A stretch of 64,000 nt of DNA from Dicyema japonicum. Its lineage: Eukaryota > Animalia > Dicyemida. Location: NCBI GenBank assembly GCA_011109175.1, contig RDEW01000036.1, positions 127,583 to 191,582 on the forward strand, read 5' to 3'. Positions 24,359-37,764 of this stretch are shown piece by piece (position 1 is the first letter of the stretch; the number at the start of each line of letters is the position of its first letter). The notes under the pieces were generated by a model, which was not told where the DNA came from, did not search any database, and was given only the letters and a program-made list of their open reading frames with translations. The translations under genes were made by a program, and so were the position numbers.

Positions 24359-26138
24359 TAGGGTTCCCAAACTTATTCAAGTCATCGCCCCTTTAACAAA
24401 CTTTTAAAAAATATCGCCCACCAGGAAAACTTATATAGTAACGAGTTGGAAATATTAATGTGAACAATGATGTTGCAAAAAGTTAGACACAAGTTTTTCA
24501 ATATTTGGGTTCATGTTTGTAAGCCTAATCCGTAGATCTTTTTTCAACAATGTCCAAGTGATTTCTCCTTTTGTAGCTGTGATACAATACTGAAGACTCT
24601 CTCAACCAAATAAGAAGTTGGGAAAGCAATAAAAAACAATATTGATTTTTTCCATAATATAGGATATTTTTCAGGATATCTTTTTTAACCAAAAATCTTG
24701 ATACGACCGGTTTTTAAAGTGGGTTTAATTTCAAAATCGTTTTTTAACATAATTATTTTTTGACAACAAGAGTCAACGTCATCTACATTCTGAAAGGGGT
24801 CTATCACCCAATCTGGAACTTTGAGTTCACATAAATCTTTGAAACGTCCCTTCATATCTTGTTCAAGAGTGATCAAATGTTCAATATAAATTTCAAAATC
24901 ATCTTCAGAAAGGAAGTCTTTAAGACGTTGAGACGTGGAAATTGGATTAATTCTTTCCTGCCAATATTCCTACAAAATAAAGGTAGTTTCGAAATAAAAG
25001 CAAAAATAAGTGACTTTGCTTAAAATAATTTAAAAAATAATTATGTTATGTTATCCAAATAAGTCGTGACCGACCCTTGGAGATCTCATGAGCAAGTTTC
25101 TCCACTCTCCCCGATCCGTTGCAATTTGGAGTAGCCTTGATATAGGCATTCCCGTGACGTCTTCCACCGTGGATAGCCACCGAGTCTTCGGTCGACCAGG
25201 TCTTCTCTTCCCAGTAATATTGCTCAGCATAATGATTTTTTCCAGGGAATCAGAGCGGACAACATGCCAAAAAAAACGCCAATCTGTGTTTTACGATTCT
25301 TTTCTAGCGAAATGTCATCTCCACTCGTTTGAGTACATTGGTGTTTGTTATTTTGGAAGTCAAGGAATTCTTAGTAACCTCCTCCAGCATAATACCTTGA
25401 TTAAATTAATATCAGCAAATTGTAATTTCACATTAAGTTTATTAAACTTAGCAAAAATATCTGCTAGTAAGCCACATCATGTTTAACGGATTCTAGTTCC
25501 GGGTCAATTTGAGACGATTTGAGAAATTCTACAACAGTGCTGAAAAGAGAGAAAATCCGCGCCAAACAGTATTATAACCACCGTACTTCAGTATGTACCA
25601 ATAGTCGTATAAAATCTTCATTTTCAATACATAGCTCTCGACAAAGACGTGAATTTAAAGAGTTGGATTTAATTTTGTTAATAGCAGAAATAACTGTGTT
25701 AAAAGAGTCATGTAGACGACCATTTGTATTTTTAGCCACCAGATGCTGTCGATGGATCACGAAATGAATAGTCATTACATTGGTACGTGTTGTTTTAAGT
25801 ATGCCACAAACCACGATAGCGACCAATCATTGAAGGTGCCTCATCAGTTGGACATGCAACTATATTTGTTAATGTTATATCTGTAAGACAAGAAATTCAT
25901 GGACTTTGTCGAACATTGTATCAGTTTCAAGCTTTCGAGCAAAAGTAATTGTTGAATAATAAATTTAAAATTACAAGTTCATCATACTGAAATTTTATTA
26001 TGTTAATTAAATGTATGATATAAATTTTACGAATAATTTATTATCGCCCTTTTGAAATTAAAAACGCCCCTCGATAAACGATTTAGTCATAAACGCCCCC
26101 GTTGAATTTCCAGATATCGCCCACTTTGGGAAACCCAG
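24359..26138 (-). mobile_element. hAT Buster/Charlie (ZBED5/SCAND3-like) DNA transposon, internally deleted
   Basis: TIRs tagggttcccaaa / tttgggaaacccag; TSD ctcTAgtt / cttTAgat (nnnTAnnn); transposase motifs VIHRQHLVAK..LLVHTEVRWL, RFKDL..VPDWVIDPF, IAFPTSYLVER. Confidence 0.9.
25040..25390 (-). mobile_element. 5'-truncated RTE (BovB-like) 3' end nested in the hAT element
   Basis: GKRRPGRPKTRWLSTVEDVTG...ATDRGEWRNLL..SPRVGHD followed by an ataac-type tail. Confidence 0.8.
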
Positions 26139-26146
26139 CTTTAGAT

Positions 26147-26760
26147 TCTCCACATCCAAAACGTTTGCAACATGTTCACTTTAATTTTCTGATTTTTCTA
26201 TTTATCCTGGTACGTTCTGACTGTAAAAAGTATTTCCTGTCTGTGTTCGTCATGTTTTCTAGCGATAGTCGAAGATCCTTCTGTTTTGCAGCTAGTGGGG
26301 AACATTGGGGTGGCCCTGCTCGGTACCTCGTGCGTATTGCGGCCGCCTCCCAATGTGTTCGTTTGCAGCCATGTGAATTCTTTCCATTGTATGCGTCCAA
26401 GTGACTCCCGGTGGAAGGCCTAATGTTCCATAGATGCTCGATATATATTTCGAGTAAGTGTGAAAAACATAATCTCTCGACTAGATATCCTCTCCGTATG
26501 ACCTGAAATGGATTTGTTTCTGAAGTGGGTGCATAGCGACTTGTAGTATTAAACAGGGCCACGACGATCTTGTGGTCGCTTTCCACAACGGCCCATCCGT
26601 ATGACCTCAAGTCCAGTATTAGTGTTCTATCTTTCTGTCGGCAAAGCATGTAATCAATTTGATTGTAAATCATCACATGGCCCCCTGATTCATTTCTTCT
26701 GCAGCACGTCCAGGTAGTCTTATGTCGTGCAGCGTGCGCAAATGCAGTGTTACACAGAAT
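26147..26760 (-). mobile_element. RTE-like endonuclease/linker fragment (host of the hAT insertion)
   Basis: NQIDYMLC...RSY..VESDHKIVVA is the APE endonuclease C-terminal motif; sequence resumes at about 24350 beyond the hAT. Confidence 0.8.
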
Positions 26761-26766
26761 TAGAAT

Positions 26767-27317
26767 AAGCGTGCAAAAGGTCGAAAATAAAAGAGGTCGA
26801 AGGATCGGTCCCTTGTTCCCTCAAAAAACAAAAAAATTATTTGAGTCAATAAAGCGATTAAGCGTCAAAGGGTCGAAAATAAAAGAGTCGAAGGATTGGT
26901 CTTTTGTTTCCTCAAAAACAAAAAAAATTGATTTTGAGTAATAAAGCGATTAAGCGTGCATAAGGGTCGAAAATAAAAGAGGTCGAAGGATCGTCCATTG
27001 TTCCCTCAAAACAAAAAAATTATTTTGAGTCAAAATAAAGCGATTAAGCGTGCAAAAGGTCGAAAATAAAAGAGGTCGAAGGATCGGTCCTTTGTTCCCT
27101 CAAAAAACAAAAAAATTATTTTGAGTCAATAAAGCTATTAAGCGTGCAAAGGGTCGAAAATAAAAGAGGTCGAAGGATCGGTTCTTTGTTCCCTCAAAAA
27201 ACAAAAAAATTTATTTTGAGTCAATAAAGCTATTAAGCGTGCAAAGGGTCGAAAATAAAAGAGGTCGAAACATTGGTTTTTTGTTTCCTCAAATAACAAA
27301 AAAATTATTTTGACTCA
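26767..27317 (+). repeat. Tandem array of 6 x about 93 bp
   Basis: Unit aagcgtgcaaa(a)ggtcgaaaataaaagaggtcgaaggatcggtcc(c/t)ttgttccctcaaaaaacaaaaaaattattttgagtcaataaagcgatt starting near 26767, 26860, 26952, 27046, 27140 and 27235. Confidence 0.95.
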
Positions 27318-27863
27318 TTTATATACTATTTCCATTTTGATGGCTCATTTTTTTCACTGAAAAAAAGAGAAAAATTAGGCTTAAGAGACAGAGAATTAAA
27401 TTTAAAAACCGATATACTATCATCAACAGGGTCCTGGGCCAATTGCTAACTGGGTATTTGTCGGCGTCTTTGAATGTATAAAAGCTTTCTAACTCTTGAG
27501 AATTTGGTTTAAAACAACCTTAAATCTCGGTTTTTTTCCTTGGGGATTTAGCATCTCTACTTTACTCAGGGATTTTACTTTTCTATTTTCCTTGGGGATT
27601 AAACTTATCTCTACTTTTTTTTTCTCTTGAGACATAACTTAGTGGTTGTTAATGTTTTCAAGTGATAAATTTGTCTTATCAACCCGGACAGTGTCAACGC
27701 TTTGGTTCATATGACACGACATTTATTAACCCCGGATACACCGATAAAGAAGTTAAAGTAAACAACTGATTAAGTGTATCCAGTTTCCACTTCTACAGAA
27801 ACAGAGTCCATCCAGTAGTGTCAATTTAAAATTATAAGTTCACCATACTGAAATTTTATTATA

Positions 27864-28581
27864 CAGTGCGACCCCGAATTGGGGAAATTTTTCCCCAATT
27901 TTGAGGTTTCCCCCAAAAAAGAGGGTTTTCCTTAAATTTGGGTCTCCCCTGTTCAATATCCTACCTTAATAATATAATCATGACGGATAATTACAATTTT
28001 TATTTTTTAATACAAAATCTGTTAATTTTAGTCGAGTGTTTTGATTTTTTCGCATCGAACTCATAAAATTTGCTTTGAATCTGTATAGATCAAAGACATT
28101 TTCCGGAGTATCTTGCTTAATGACATTTAGCAGTATTGTGAATGCGCATTCCGCAATATTCATAACTTGTTGATCATCCAAATGTTTTAGAAATTGTTCG
28201 CTGCAGTCCTCTTCATCACTACTGTTATCATCCCAGAAACTTCCCAAAATCGCATTTTTCACAATATCCGAATCAATCAGACTTTCTCCGGTGTCCTCTT
28301 ATTCCCGACAGTCATATTCCAAAGCCTTTTCAAAGTAATGTCGTATTGAAGTTTCTGTAATCTCTCCCCATGCCAATTTCGAACATGAAATAGCATCCAA
28401 TAATGTGATTCCCTTTATTGCTTCATCTATTTGAGCTACAGGATTTTTATCATAGATAATCGTTTTCATCATCCAATTATTAAAATGATTCTTAAATGCC
28501 TGTATTATCTATTGATCACATGGCTGAATTAATAAAATTGTGTTTTTTAGAAAAAATAGGGCCTAATTCGGGGTCGCACTG
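27864..28581 (-). mobile_element. pogo/Tigger-like deleted DNA transposon
   Basis: TIRs cagtgcgaccccgaatt / aattcggggtcgcactg, TA on both sides; ITLLDAISCSKLAWGEITETSIRHYFEKA is a pogo-type C-terminus. Confidence 0.88.
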
Positions 28582-28630
28582 TATTACCGTATCTTGCATT
28601 TTTATAAAATATTTTGAATTTTTTATAAAA

Positions 28631-29140
28631 ATGGACAAGGAAAGTTCAGATGAGGGCTCTCAACAAGGGGAAAGCGAATCCAGCGAATCATACGATTTCA
28701 ATTTGGACAGGTGACTTTTAAATGTTGTATGGCTAGTGATGTATTATCTCGGGAGTCGAATAATTGGTCTCCTTTCGATGGATATGGGAATGACGATGAG
28801 TCGGAAAGTCCAATGATAGTGACCCCGAGACTCAATTAGAATTTCCATGAAGGAGTCTATATTGAAGAAAAAACCCAACTTTGGAGTTTGCAGTTCCTGT
28901 GATCGACCTTATACCTACAGCTATTGGCAGATCCCTTATATTTTGGTTTCCTGTATTCATACAATGTGCAAGAGATGCATTTATGCTCAACTCAATAAGA
29001 CAGGGTGGACTATTGAGTGCACGTTGTGTGGTGAAGAGACAGAACTTCCTCTAAAAGAGAGATTTTCTGTACTGAGAATCAGCGAAGATGAACTGAATGT
29101 AACCAACCAAAATACAAACTCCGGACAACCCAAGAGTTGA
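28631..29140 (+). CDS. RING-HC (C3HC4) finger protein with an acidic N-terminus, putative E3 ligase
   Basis: CSSC...PYILVSCIHTMCKRC...CTLC; 5' exon MDKESSDEGSQQG followed by a 27-nt intron at 28711-28737. The junction into the RING exon is not resolved. Confidence 0.7.
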
Positions 29141-29739
29141 TGGATATTATATTGTTCGACTATTTTATTATTTTTTATTCAGTGAGTATCCGCATGTAGT
29201 CTACTAGTAGGAAGGCCAGTAGCTTATCTCCAAAATTATCTGAGGGAAAGCCATAAAAATTTTAGAAAATGATAAAATTTATTTCAAACTCAAATTAACT
29301 TGGAACATTGGCAGTTTAGAATTTACCGAATCCTTACTGAATTTGCTCCTCCAAATGGACTCCCACAAACCCAGGACCGTTGAAGAAGACAGAGGCACTA
29401 TCATAATATAAATTTTTCGAACCATTAAACACTTATGCTATTAACGAGGGATATTTTGAGGATGAAGTCAATTGACGTATTTCTTCAACACGGAAGGACA
29501 AGTCATTCAGATTCCAAAATAGTCCTGTATCCCTTTCAAATAGTGACCAAATAGAGTGAGGGAAAGATGTCATCCTGGTTTTCTCATTTATTTATTTAAA
29601 ACCGAGAATCATGAGATAGGTAAATCACATGACATCACCCCACGAGGAACAGAAACAGAACCAATGAGGAAAACCATAGATTTAGTAGTCAGCAGGGGAT
29701 TGGACCAAGATAATTTTATTAAGCTAAAGAATGAGCTTT

Positions 29740-29830
29740 GCTGGTATATGAGCGAATCTCGCTGCCATTTTGAGAGGGAATAGTCACGTTGTCAGGGCGG
29801 CCGCTTTATGACATTTTTATTTATTTTATT
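29740..29830 (+). mobile_element. Short CRE-like 3' terminus
   Basis: WYMSES../LRGNSHVVRAAA matches the end of 36806-37735; a shorter one lies at about 46765. Confidence 0.65.
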
Positions 29831-30869
29831 TTGTTTGAACAATAATAAAAATTTAAGCCAAATGATGACTATTAATTCCAAAATTACTCAAGGTTAAGTA
29901 ATTTTATAAGTCGGTACTTTAATAAATTTTACAAGTTAATTTTAGTGGCATTCCGATAACGTGGCGTAGCAGGAACGGGAAGTATAGTGGTCTCTCGAAC
30001 CGTGATTGGCTGTTCGATTCTCACGCAGCCTGGTCGAAGGATTCCGTTCAGCTTTGTGCTTTCTTTGGTTGATCCATTTGTCGAAGGAAACGGCCAATCC
30101 TTGACAGATGTCCAAAGGGGATTTATCTCCTTCCACTCCAGTGGAGGGGTTTCCACAGTGGCAGATATGACAGGACGCGTTCCACTCCGACTATGGGAAC
30201 TCGAGGAATGCTTTCAAAACGTTTGCTTTCACAGTTGATATCACGTTTTCGACATGCTGTGAAAAACTAAGAGAGACATCCGAGGATCCGAGTAAGTTGC
30301 CTGGTCGGTAACCCTGTAAATTTATTTCATTAAAAATAAATTTATATTTTTATTCTCATTTTCAAAAGGACTACAACATTTTTGGTGTCAAAAGAAAATT
30401 TTTGTTAACTGAATAGATTTTAGTCATATATGTTGTGAGGTACGATTTAAAAAACAATTAGAGTCACCCGAACTCTCAAGATCTAACTTGGAAGACTCCG
30501 GATTACAAAAATTCCCAAAACGTTCCAAATATATAGCAATCTTTTTCGGTAGTGGTCCCAGTTTATACTTGTCAAATCATAGCGTACTAGAGCAGGCCTG
30601 ACCTAAAGGAGTTAAGAACACTCTTGAAGAGTGGCTTGGAGCAAATCACCTATCCCTTTCTTTATCGAAATCCACCGTCACTGCATTCACGTCCAACCGC
30701 CGTCAACTAAATTTTCAACCAATTTTAACAATTCATGGACAAAAACTACCCGTTACGAAACATCCTAAAATACTTGGAGTTATTTATTTAAATATTATGA
30801 ATTGGCACAACGTTCCTCTAATACACCTGGACTGGACTGACCGATCTATGGGAGCGACCAACATCTGCT

Positions 30870-31165
30870 GCGTTCTATTTAATTGCTGTTGGCCTCCTAC
30901 AAGTTAGTGAGGCTGGGGTTACTTAACTAACTAACGAGGATTTTCACCAGCCATCCACATGACTTCCACTTCCTTCTCGGACTGTGGGTCCACCACTTCG
31001 TTAATGTAATGAGTTGCCCGTTCTTCCAGTCGCCTCGACGCGTAAAGGATTTTGTCAATTGGTGTCTTGACTCCATGTTTGTGCTCGACATTAATACTTT
31101 CTAACGTCATATTTAAAACCACTGATTGAATATACGCTCTCATTATGGAAAAGACTGTTTTCAAT
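30870..31165 (-). mobile_element. R4/Dong-like retrotransposon 3' end
   Basis: RAYIQSVVLNMTLESINVEHKHG matches RTYIQSVVLKRTLESMLIEHKHG at 38030. Confidence 0.75.
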
Positions 31166-31639
31166 TTAATTAAGAAGCTACTTTCCGTCTGATCATCAAT
31201 AGAGATTCAATTTGGACCGAATCACTAGAGATTTACAAAGATGATTTTTTTTACCTAAAGATGTCGAGGACTTTGGTAAAATGTTCCACTTACCCATAGG
31301 ACCCCTTAAAATTAATTTTATAAGTTTTAAATAGATGACTTTTACCTAAAAATGTCGTTTCGCTAAAATCCCGTGATGTTTATTGATGAACTTACCCAAA
31401 ACCTGAAAAAATTAATTGGAGATCATTTTGAAAAAGGCCATACTGAATGGACACGTAAAAAATACACCGGACACATAAAGCCTACGATTATTGTCTATTT
31501 CCTAAAACAAGTTGGTGTATGCCTGTGTGGTTCATCAGCTTTGTAGTGGTGTGATGAATAGGTGGAGTATTTATTCTAAACTATAATAGACACCAAATAG
31601 ACCAGATAAACTTAAAAAGGCGAATCCTTCAAGGGAAAG

Positions 31640-32010
31640 CATGTCTCTACTGGTTTGTGTCTCTGTTGTAGAGGCATTGATTCGATCCCTCAATGATCGG
31701 TTTAGCAAATACCAGTTCATTATGAGGGTGTTTGTTTCAATACTAATCAACTTCTTTTTATTGACGACCTGAAGATGTATGCTCGATTAGTCGAGGAGCT
31801 CTACTCATGGGGTCTGGTGCTAGGGAGTTCTTTGAGAGCATAGGATTAGATTTGAAATATTCCAAGTTTACTACTAACACAAGTATCGAGTTAGTAAAAG
31901 TCATGGAGGAACACGAAGGATGTAAGTATCTGGGTGTTACTGGAACTAAAAGTCCTTTATTATGCCTGAGACAAAGTGACAAATTAAATTTATTGACCAA
32001 GAAAAACACC
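31640..32010 (+). mobile_element. R4/Dong-like RT fragment
   Basis: TNQLLFIDDLKMYA...FFESIGL...EGCKYLGV. Confidence 0.7.
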
Positions 32011-32019
32011 GTCATTGCC

Positions 32020-33050
32020 AGAATGAAAAATTCAGGTGATCCCGACCACCATCAGCAGTCTTTGCTTGCTCGAACTTGAAAGAAATGCCGTCCAGGGTTA
32101 ACTCCCTTGAAATTGATGAAGGCATTCGTAGACGAGCAGCTTTATTATGTAAGATGTCTTTAAATGCAAAGAATTTGTTCTTAGCATTAATGAATATTTT
32201 TTTGATTGTCGACATGTGGAAAGGTCAGCTTTTGTAATGACATTTTTATTGAATAGCTCTTTCGGTGACCCGCCATTGCCTGTGATCGATGTCGAAATCA
32301 AACCGACGATATGGGTGGACGAGAATTATTTGATCGAATGTGAATAATGAAAATTATTGTTCGAAAGACGAGAAACATTAAATCTTTAAATTCCATTAAT
32401 AACGATACTAGTCTTTCATACTTGGGAAAATTCATTACACTATGTGCACTAACAGTACTCCTAAGGTTTTTACACGTAGAAAAATAACTAAATCTTTATT
32501 TAATAGCTGAGACTTCCATAATTTGTATTCGGCGACATTATTTCTGGTTAATTAAATATCTTTATACAAGTGGGCGTTGTCTGGCTAATAATTTTTGCTT
32601 TTTTTAAGGCATTGCATAATGAAATCACCATCGCAATATTATTTTCCAACATTGCAAGCATTCGGGTGATTTGATAGTGTGCAGTAACTGATGTAGTACT
32701 TCGATTATGTTTTTTGAGAAACGAGTATGTAACGCAGATAATTTTTTTCGCAATTCATTTGCCTTGAAACACGCATTGGACCTTTTTGGTTAATAAGCAA
32801 CTTCATACCTTCGAAATTATTGTATGATTAGATTGGTAATGCTGCTAATTAAGTTATGGGGAAGTAATATGTAACGGCAGGGCAGCCGACTTCTACCCAG
32901 ACAGTTTCCCCAAGAAATCAACAAACACATGGTCATCTTTGAAGATAATTGACAGATACTATAGAGCGTTTTTGAAACCTCGAATAAGATTTTCGATAGT
33001 TCTGCCATTTAGAATAAAGCGGTTGCCGGTCTTTAATAGTCCTGAGAACC
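32020..33050 (-). mobile_element. Possible decayed Helitron helicase fragment
   Basis: Weak resemblance only (RLRMPSSISRELTLDGISFKFEQ to the Pif1 C-terminal IPRI..PF.F.R.Q region); heavily disrupted. Confidence 0.25.
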
Positions 33051-35212
33051 CATTCTTCTAGTATTTTATCACAACTTTTTACATGCCACGAGAAGTACAA
33101 AAATTACTCTCCTGGTTGAAGGGAGTATTGATATTGTTTGCCTTGAGATTAACCTTTTGTTTGACGTGAAGAGGGGTATGGCTTTTTATGTGCTAGTCCG
33201 CTCACCTGTTGTCTTTTAAGCAAACGTGTTCCAATTGATGATGTAATTTCATGCGGTGGATTGGATGCCCTCCCCTCGTGTGAGAAAGGAAATAATGTAA
33301 TCTGTATGTAATGAGAATATTGTTTTTCATTCAGAAGGTATAAAGATTAACGTAAACAAGAGAAAGTTAACTTTATTCTTTATTATTGCACATTTCAATG
33401 CTTATTCTTGGAATACTTTTATATCTTTTGAAAGGAGTTTTATGGAGCACGTGGTAAACGGTTATATCTTAATTATAAACAGCTTTGTTGACAATTTTCA
33501 CTCTTTTTGTTCTTTCAATCCAACATCTTAGGAATAGTTCCCTTTCAGAGTCTGAATAAATCTTTCCATTATTCGTAGTGATTGATAACTGTAATTGTTG
33601 GATGTTGAAATCTCCGTAGAGCTTTGCATTTTTGGATTCCAGTCCGTTATCCACTGTAAATATAAGCCATTTGTAATGATAATTATGCTTTCTTATTAAA
33701 TCGATCAATCTTTAGTGCCATTGAAAATAAGTCCAAAAATAGGCACTTTTTCGATAGTGGATCTTTTTATAAAGATAGAACATAAGTTCTGAATCATCTA
33801 TAGTATTTTTTAATATTTATCACACTTATAAAGCAACATCATGCTTTATTCAAGAATAATTAATTTCCAGACGTAGTAAACATTGTTTCTGGATTTAAGG
33901 CGACGAATTCTTGTTAATAAAGTACCTTAGATATTATTTAAGAATCTGTTCAATGCTCGACACTGTTTAGAAAGTCTGAGCATTATTGCAGCGAAGTATT
34001 TGGAGCAGATAGAAAGGAAATCCTTGTAACGTGAAAGAATATGTATCCAAAAAACTTTAAGACATTTGGGTTCTAGAAATCATAAAATATTTGAATAGAA
34101 GAATTCCACCGTCAGAATATGCGAATCAGTCAGTATCAGTTGAACGAACAATTTCACTTTTATCAAAAATTCTCTCTAAATCGCATTTTTAGATCAGATC
34201 ATATCACTATTTGATTTTATTCTATAATCAACAATTTATATAGGCATTTTTAATTCTGCTTATATTTTATAAGTTAACATAGAAATGGTATTTTTTGATA
34301 TTTTACAGAAAATATTTGATACTTTTTTTCTATTTTTCGGAAATTATTTGATAATCTTTGAAAAAGATTGCTAACAAATTCAACTTCGTTTTTTCTTACG
34401 ATTAAAGTGGACATTGAGGAAGAAAGAACCGTTATATGAAAATGTTATTAGCGGTCACAATAAGATATTCTCTGAGAACCACAAAATCATACATGCAAAC
34501 TCAATTGGCCTAGGTAATTACTTGATATCACTACTGAGTGATAAAGTAAAAAAATTAAATATTAATATTATAAAATTCATTGGTCTCTACAAAGTTCCAA
34601 TTTGGTCATCAGCTTAGGGTTTGCATGCAGGTTATCGGTTTATAATAGCAGCAGAATGAGGCTGTCATCTTTGGGATAAAATAAGTTGTCCCAGTGCAGG
34701 CCCAGTAGGAATCGTTTCAGTGTTACTGATGCTTTTCTGTACGACACGTAGACTCCTGCAATGAAGTACATCTCTTGGTAAAGAAATTACATAATTTATC
34801 TGCACCGGTCGTTTTCCAAACAGGGAGACGTTTCACTAGCTCCACAATTTCATGCTAAAATCAAAAGTTCCGCAAGATTCCGCCAAAAAAGGAGCTATGC
34901 TAAATTGGACATGGGGAACACATTTATGGATCATGCTGGAACATGTACTGTGAGCATTTTCATGTAGGCGAAGGTTAAACAATCTTCGATTAAATAAAAC
35001 AAATTATTTTTTCTACTTCTTTTAAACCGACTTTGATTAAATTAGATTAGTTAGTTAAGATGCCATGAGAATTATCTCAAATTAACTTTTGTAAACAGAT
35101 TATATCAAATTCCGTAATGTAAGATTATTAAATCACTAAAAATAAAACCAAAGTGAAATACAAATCACATATTTTATTATAAATAATAACATTAGAAGCT
35201 AAAAATCGTCAA

Positions 35213-35958
35213 ATGTATATCAGAAAAGGATTAATTATAACAAATGTTGTAGTTTTTGCTGTAAGAGACTTTAACTCAATTCCAATAGATTTTTGGATCA
35301 ATCTCATCATATTTTGGTTCAGTGCTTATGTATTATTATCACAATGACGAAATACTCAATATTAGGACCTTCAGAATATTAGGAAGCATCCTCATCGCTA
35401 CTGGAACAGCCTCATTTTTAGGAATGATTACTGGAATTGGTGCCCTCTCCAAAAACAAGTTCGCATGTACAATAGTATGGATCGTATGTTAAGGTTTAGT
35501 ACACTATATCACTCATTTTCATTCTCGCCTGTTACATAGCTTTGACTTCAATTTTTATGATGAACAAGGATATTGTCGTAGTACGTACTAATTCTTTAAG
35601 CTTTTCACTGAAGCGAGAGAAAGATTCATATATGCAGTCTTCTATGCCAAACAATATATGGATGCGATTAGCTACTGGCAAAAAACATTGAAATGTTGTG
35701 GAAGTCGTAGTATCTTTGATGTGGAACTCCCCTTTCCCCTAAACTGCTGTTTTTCCAAATATTGTAAAAATCATTATCAGTTCTCAATTGTAATCTAAAT
35801 TTATGAAAGCAGGGTTGTCCTGATAAACTTTGTTATTTGGTCTACAAGTATGAATCATATTACTTTGTTTTCTCAGGAATCATGTTCTCGTTATTAGTTT
35901 GTCTATTATTTTATACATTTTTTAGATATTTGGACTCGTCACTGTTTTTTATTATTAA
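35213..35958 (+). CDS. Tetraspanin, copy 1 (6 exons)
   Basis: Five phase-0 introns of 23-30 nt; four TM segments; large loop with YWQKTLKCCG...FPLNCC...C...|GC; open frame MYIRKGLII...TVFYY*. Confidence 0.92.
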
Positions 35959-36054
35959 TTGGATTAATAATTCTTTTTATTACTCAATATAGTCAATATA
36001 GGACATATATGTATCACATAACGTTTCTTAGGTTTTAAAGAATATCATTAGTAG

Positions 36055-36152
36055 CGTCCGAGTTACTATCAGTGCTCCTCAAAATCTAGGATCCAATATG
36101 ACGTCCGAGTTACTATCAGCGTTCCTCAAAAACTGAAAAATCTAGGATCCAA
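36055..36152 (+). repeat. Short tandem duplication
   Basis: cgtccgagttactatcag(t/c)g(c/t)tcctcaaaa and tctaggatccaa each occur twice. Confidence 0.8.
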
Positions 36153-36357
36153 GCTGTCATCCTTCGTATCGGATCGTCGATAGATAAAAAGATGGGGACA
36201 GTGGAAAATGGGATGGCTAATTTATAAGGAAATGCACTTTCAAAAGTTTGAAGATCGGAAGCTTCGGGAATAAGCCATTTTTGAAAACACTCGAGGAATC
36301 ATTATTCGGTTCCATTTAACAGTGCTCATCTACCCTAGTTAGGCATCGTGATGATAA

Positions 36358-36720
36358 GGTAAACCCTCAATTAATCCGAACAAAAAAAATGGATGCCTTT
36401 CGGATTGGGAGGGGAATAATAAATTCATTGTAATTAATATTTATGTTTTCACATATAATAATAATGTCTCCATTTTCAGCATTAATAGTTTCCTTGTTGA
36501 CATTACAATCTTCACAAAGAATGACGATTTCGTTCTCGTTGAGAATTTCTGTTTGAGTTATTTCTCCTTCATTAGCAATTGAAAATGGAATTTGTTAAAT
36601 ATCTCTTTTTGTTTTTTCTTAAATAATAATACTATTATTGTTTAATGAAATGTCGAAATTAAAGTTGACAAGTCGATTTTGACAGAAACAAAATTACAAT
36701 CAATAAACCTCGACGGAGCA
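36358..36720. mobile_element. pogo/Tigger-like element end, same family as 56312-58265
   Basis: gtaaaccctcaattaatccgaacaaaaaaa TIR; internal similarity to 56640-56830. Confidence 0.65.
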
Positions 36721-37760
36721 AATATTTAATGTCCGATTCGACGATGATACATGGATTCAGGCTACACTCCCAGTTAGATTCGGGGGTCTTGGAATCCGTC
36801 GAACTTTGGACGTCTCACTTCCCGCTCATTTATCATCACTCACGGCCTGCGAACCTTTGGTCAGGAGGATTCTACACTCCCCACCCGAATTCTCAACTGA
36901 CCAAGAGATAATCCACGCACGAGAAGCCTGGAATGCCACCAACCTCCCCCTGCCTCCTTCCCAAGATCGCCAGCGATACCTGGACAACTTATTATGCTGG
37001 AAATCATTTGGACTCCTACTGGAATCTGCCAATCAGCACCGACGCGCTTGTTTCCTTTCGGGGGCTTCCCCTGAGAGCGGAGCTTGGCTAAACGCCATCC
37101 CCAATGGAGCTTTGGGCACTTTTCTGGATGATGAATGCGTTAGAACTGGTATCTCTCTGCGGCTGGGACTAAAAGTATGTGTACCTCACCCGTGCCGATG
37201 TGGCATCCTGATAGACTGCTATGGCCTGCACCCTCTCGCCTGCAGGAGAAGCGCTGGCAGATCCCCAAGACACAAGGCTCTGAATGAAATTGTCAGGCTA
37301 GATATGGATGCTGCTGGATACTCGGCCATTCTTGAACCGGTCGGATTATGCAGAAGTGACGGGAAACGACCGGACGGGATGACCATATTTCCATTTGAGG
37401 CCGGGAAACCACTGGTTTGGTATGTGACATGTACAGACACGTTCGCCCAGAAAAATCTTCACGAGAGTGCTACAAGGGCCTGCTCTGCAGCCGTCAAGGC
37501 GGAGAAGGCCAAACTCGTTAAATACGTCGACCTTCCCGATGATGTCAAATTTGTTCCCCTTGCTATGGAGACTTCCGGATCCTACTCCCCCTCTACACTC
37601 GAGTTTTTCGGACGTCTTGGAAACCGGATCACCTCATGCACTGGAGATCTCCGTGAACGCCGCTGGCTATTTGAGCGAATTTCGCTCGCAATTTTGAGAG
37701 GGAACAGCCACGCAGTGAGGGCGGCAACTACCTGACTTCTATTGTTTAATAAAAATTTCT
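36720..37760 (+). mobile_element. CRE-like non-LTR retrotransposon 3' part; 309-aa ORF with zinc knuckle and REL endonuclease
   Basis: SGAWLNAIP..LGTFLDDE..R.GISLRLG, CRCG..YGLHPLACRRSAGRSPRH, DGKRPDG, KLVKY, FVPLAMETSG, ISLAILRGN. Confidence 0.92.
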
Positions 37761-37764
37761 TTAA

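Noticed and set aside
26767-27317. CRISPR array
   Set aside because: Whole units repeat with no unique spacers, there are no cas genes, and the context is eukaryotic.
29930-30400. Intact LTR retrotransposon (PBS-like tggtgtca, integrase-like traces; also 7760, 8570 and 20000 regions)
   Set aside because: No paired LTRs or clear catalytic motifs could be shown; too decayed to call.
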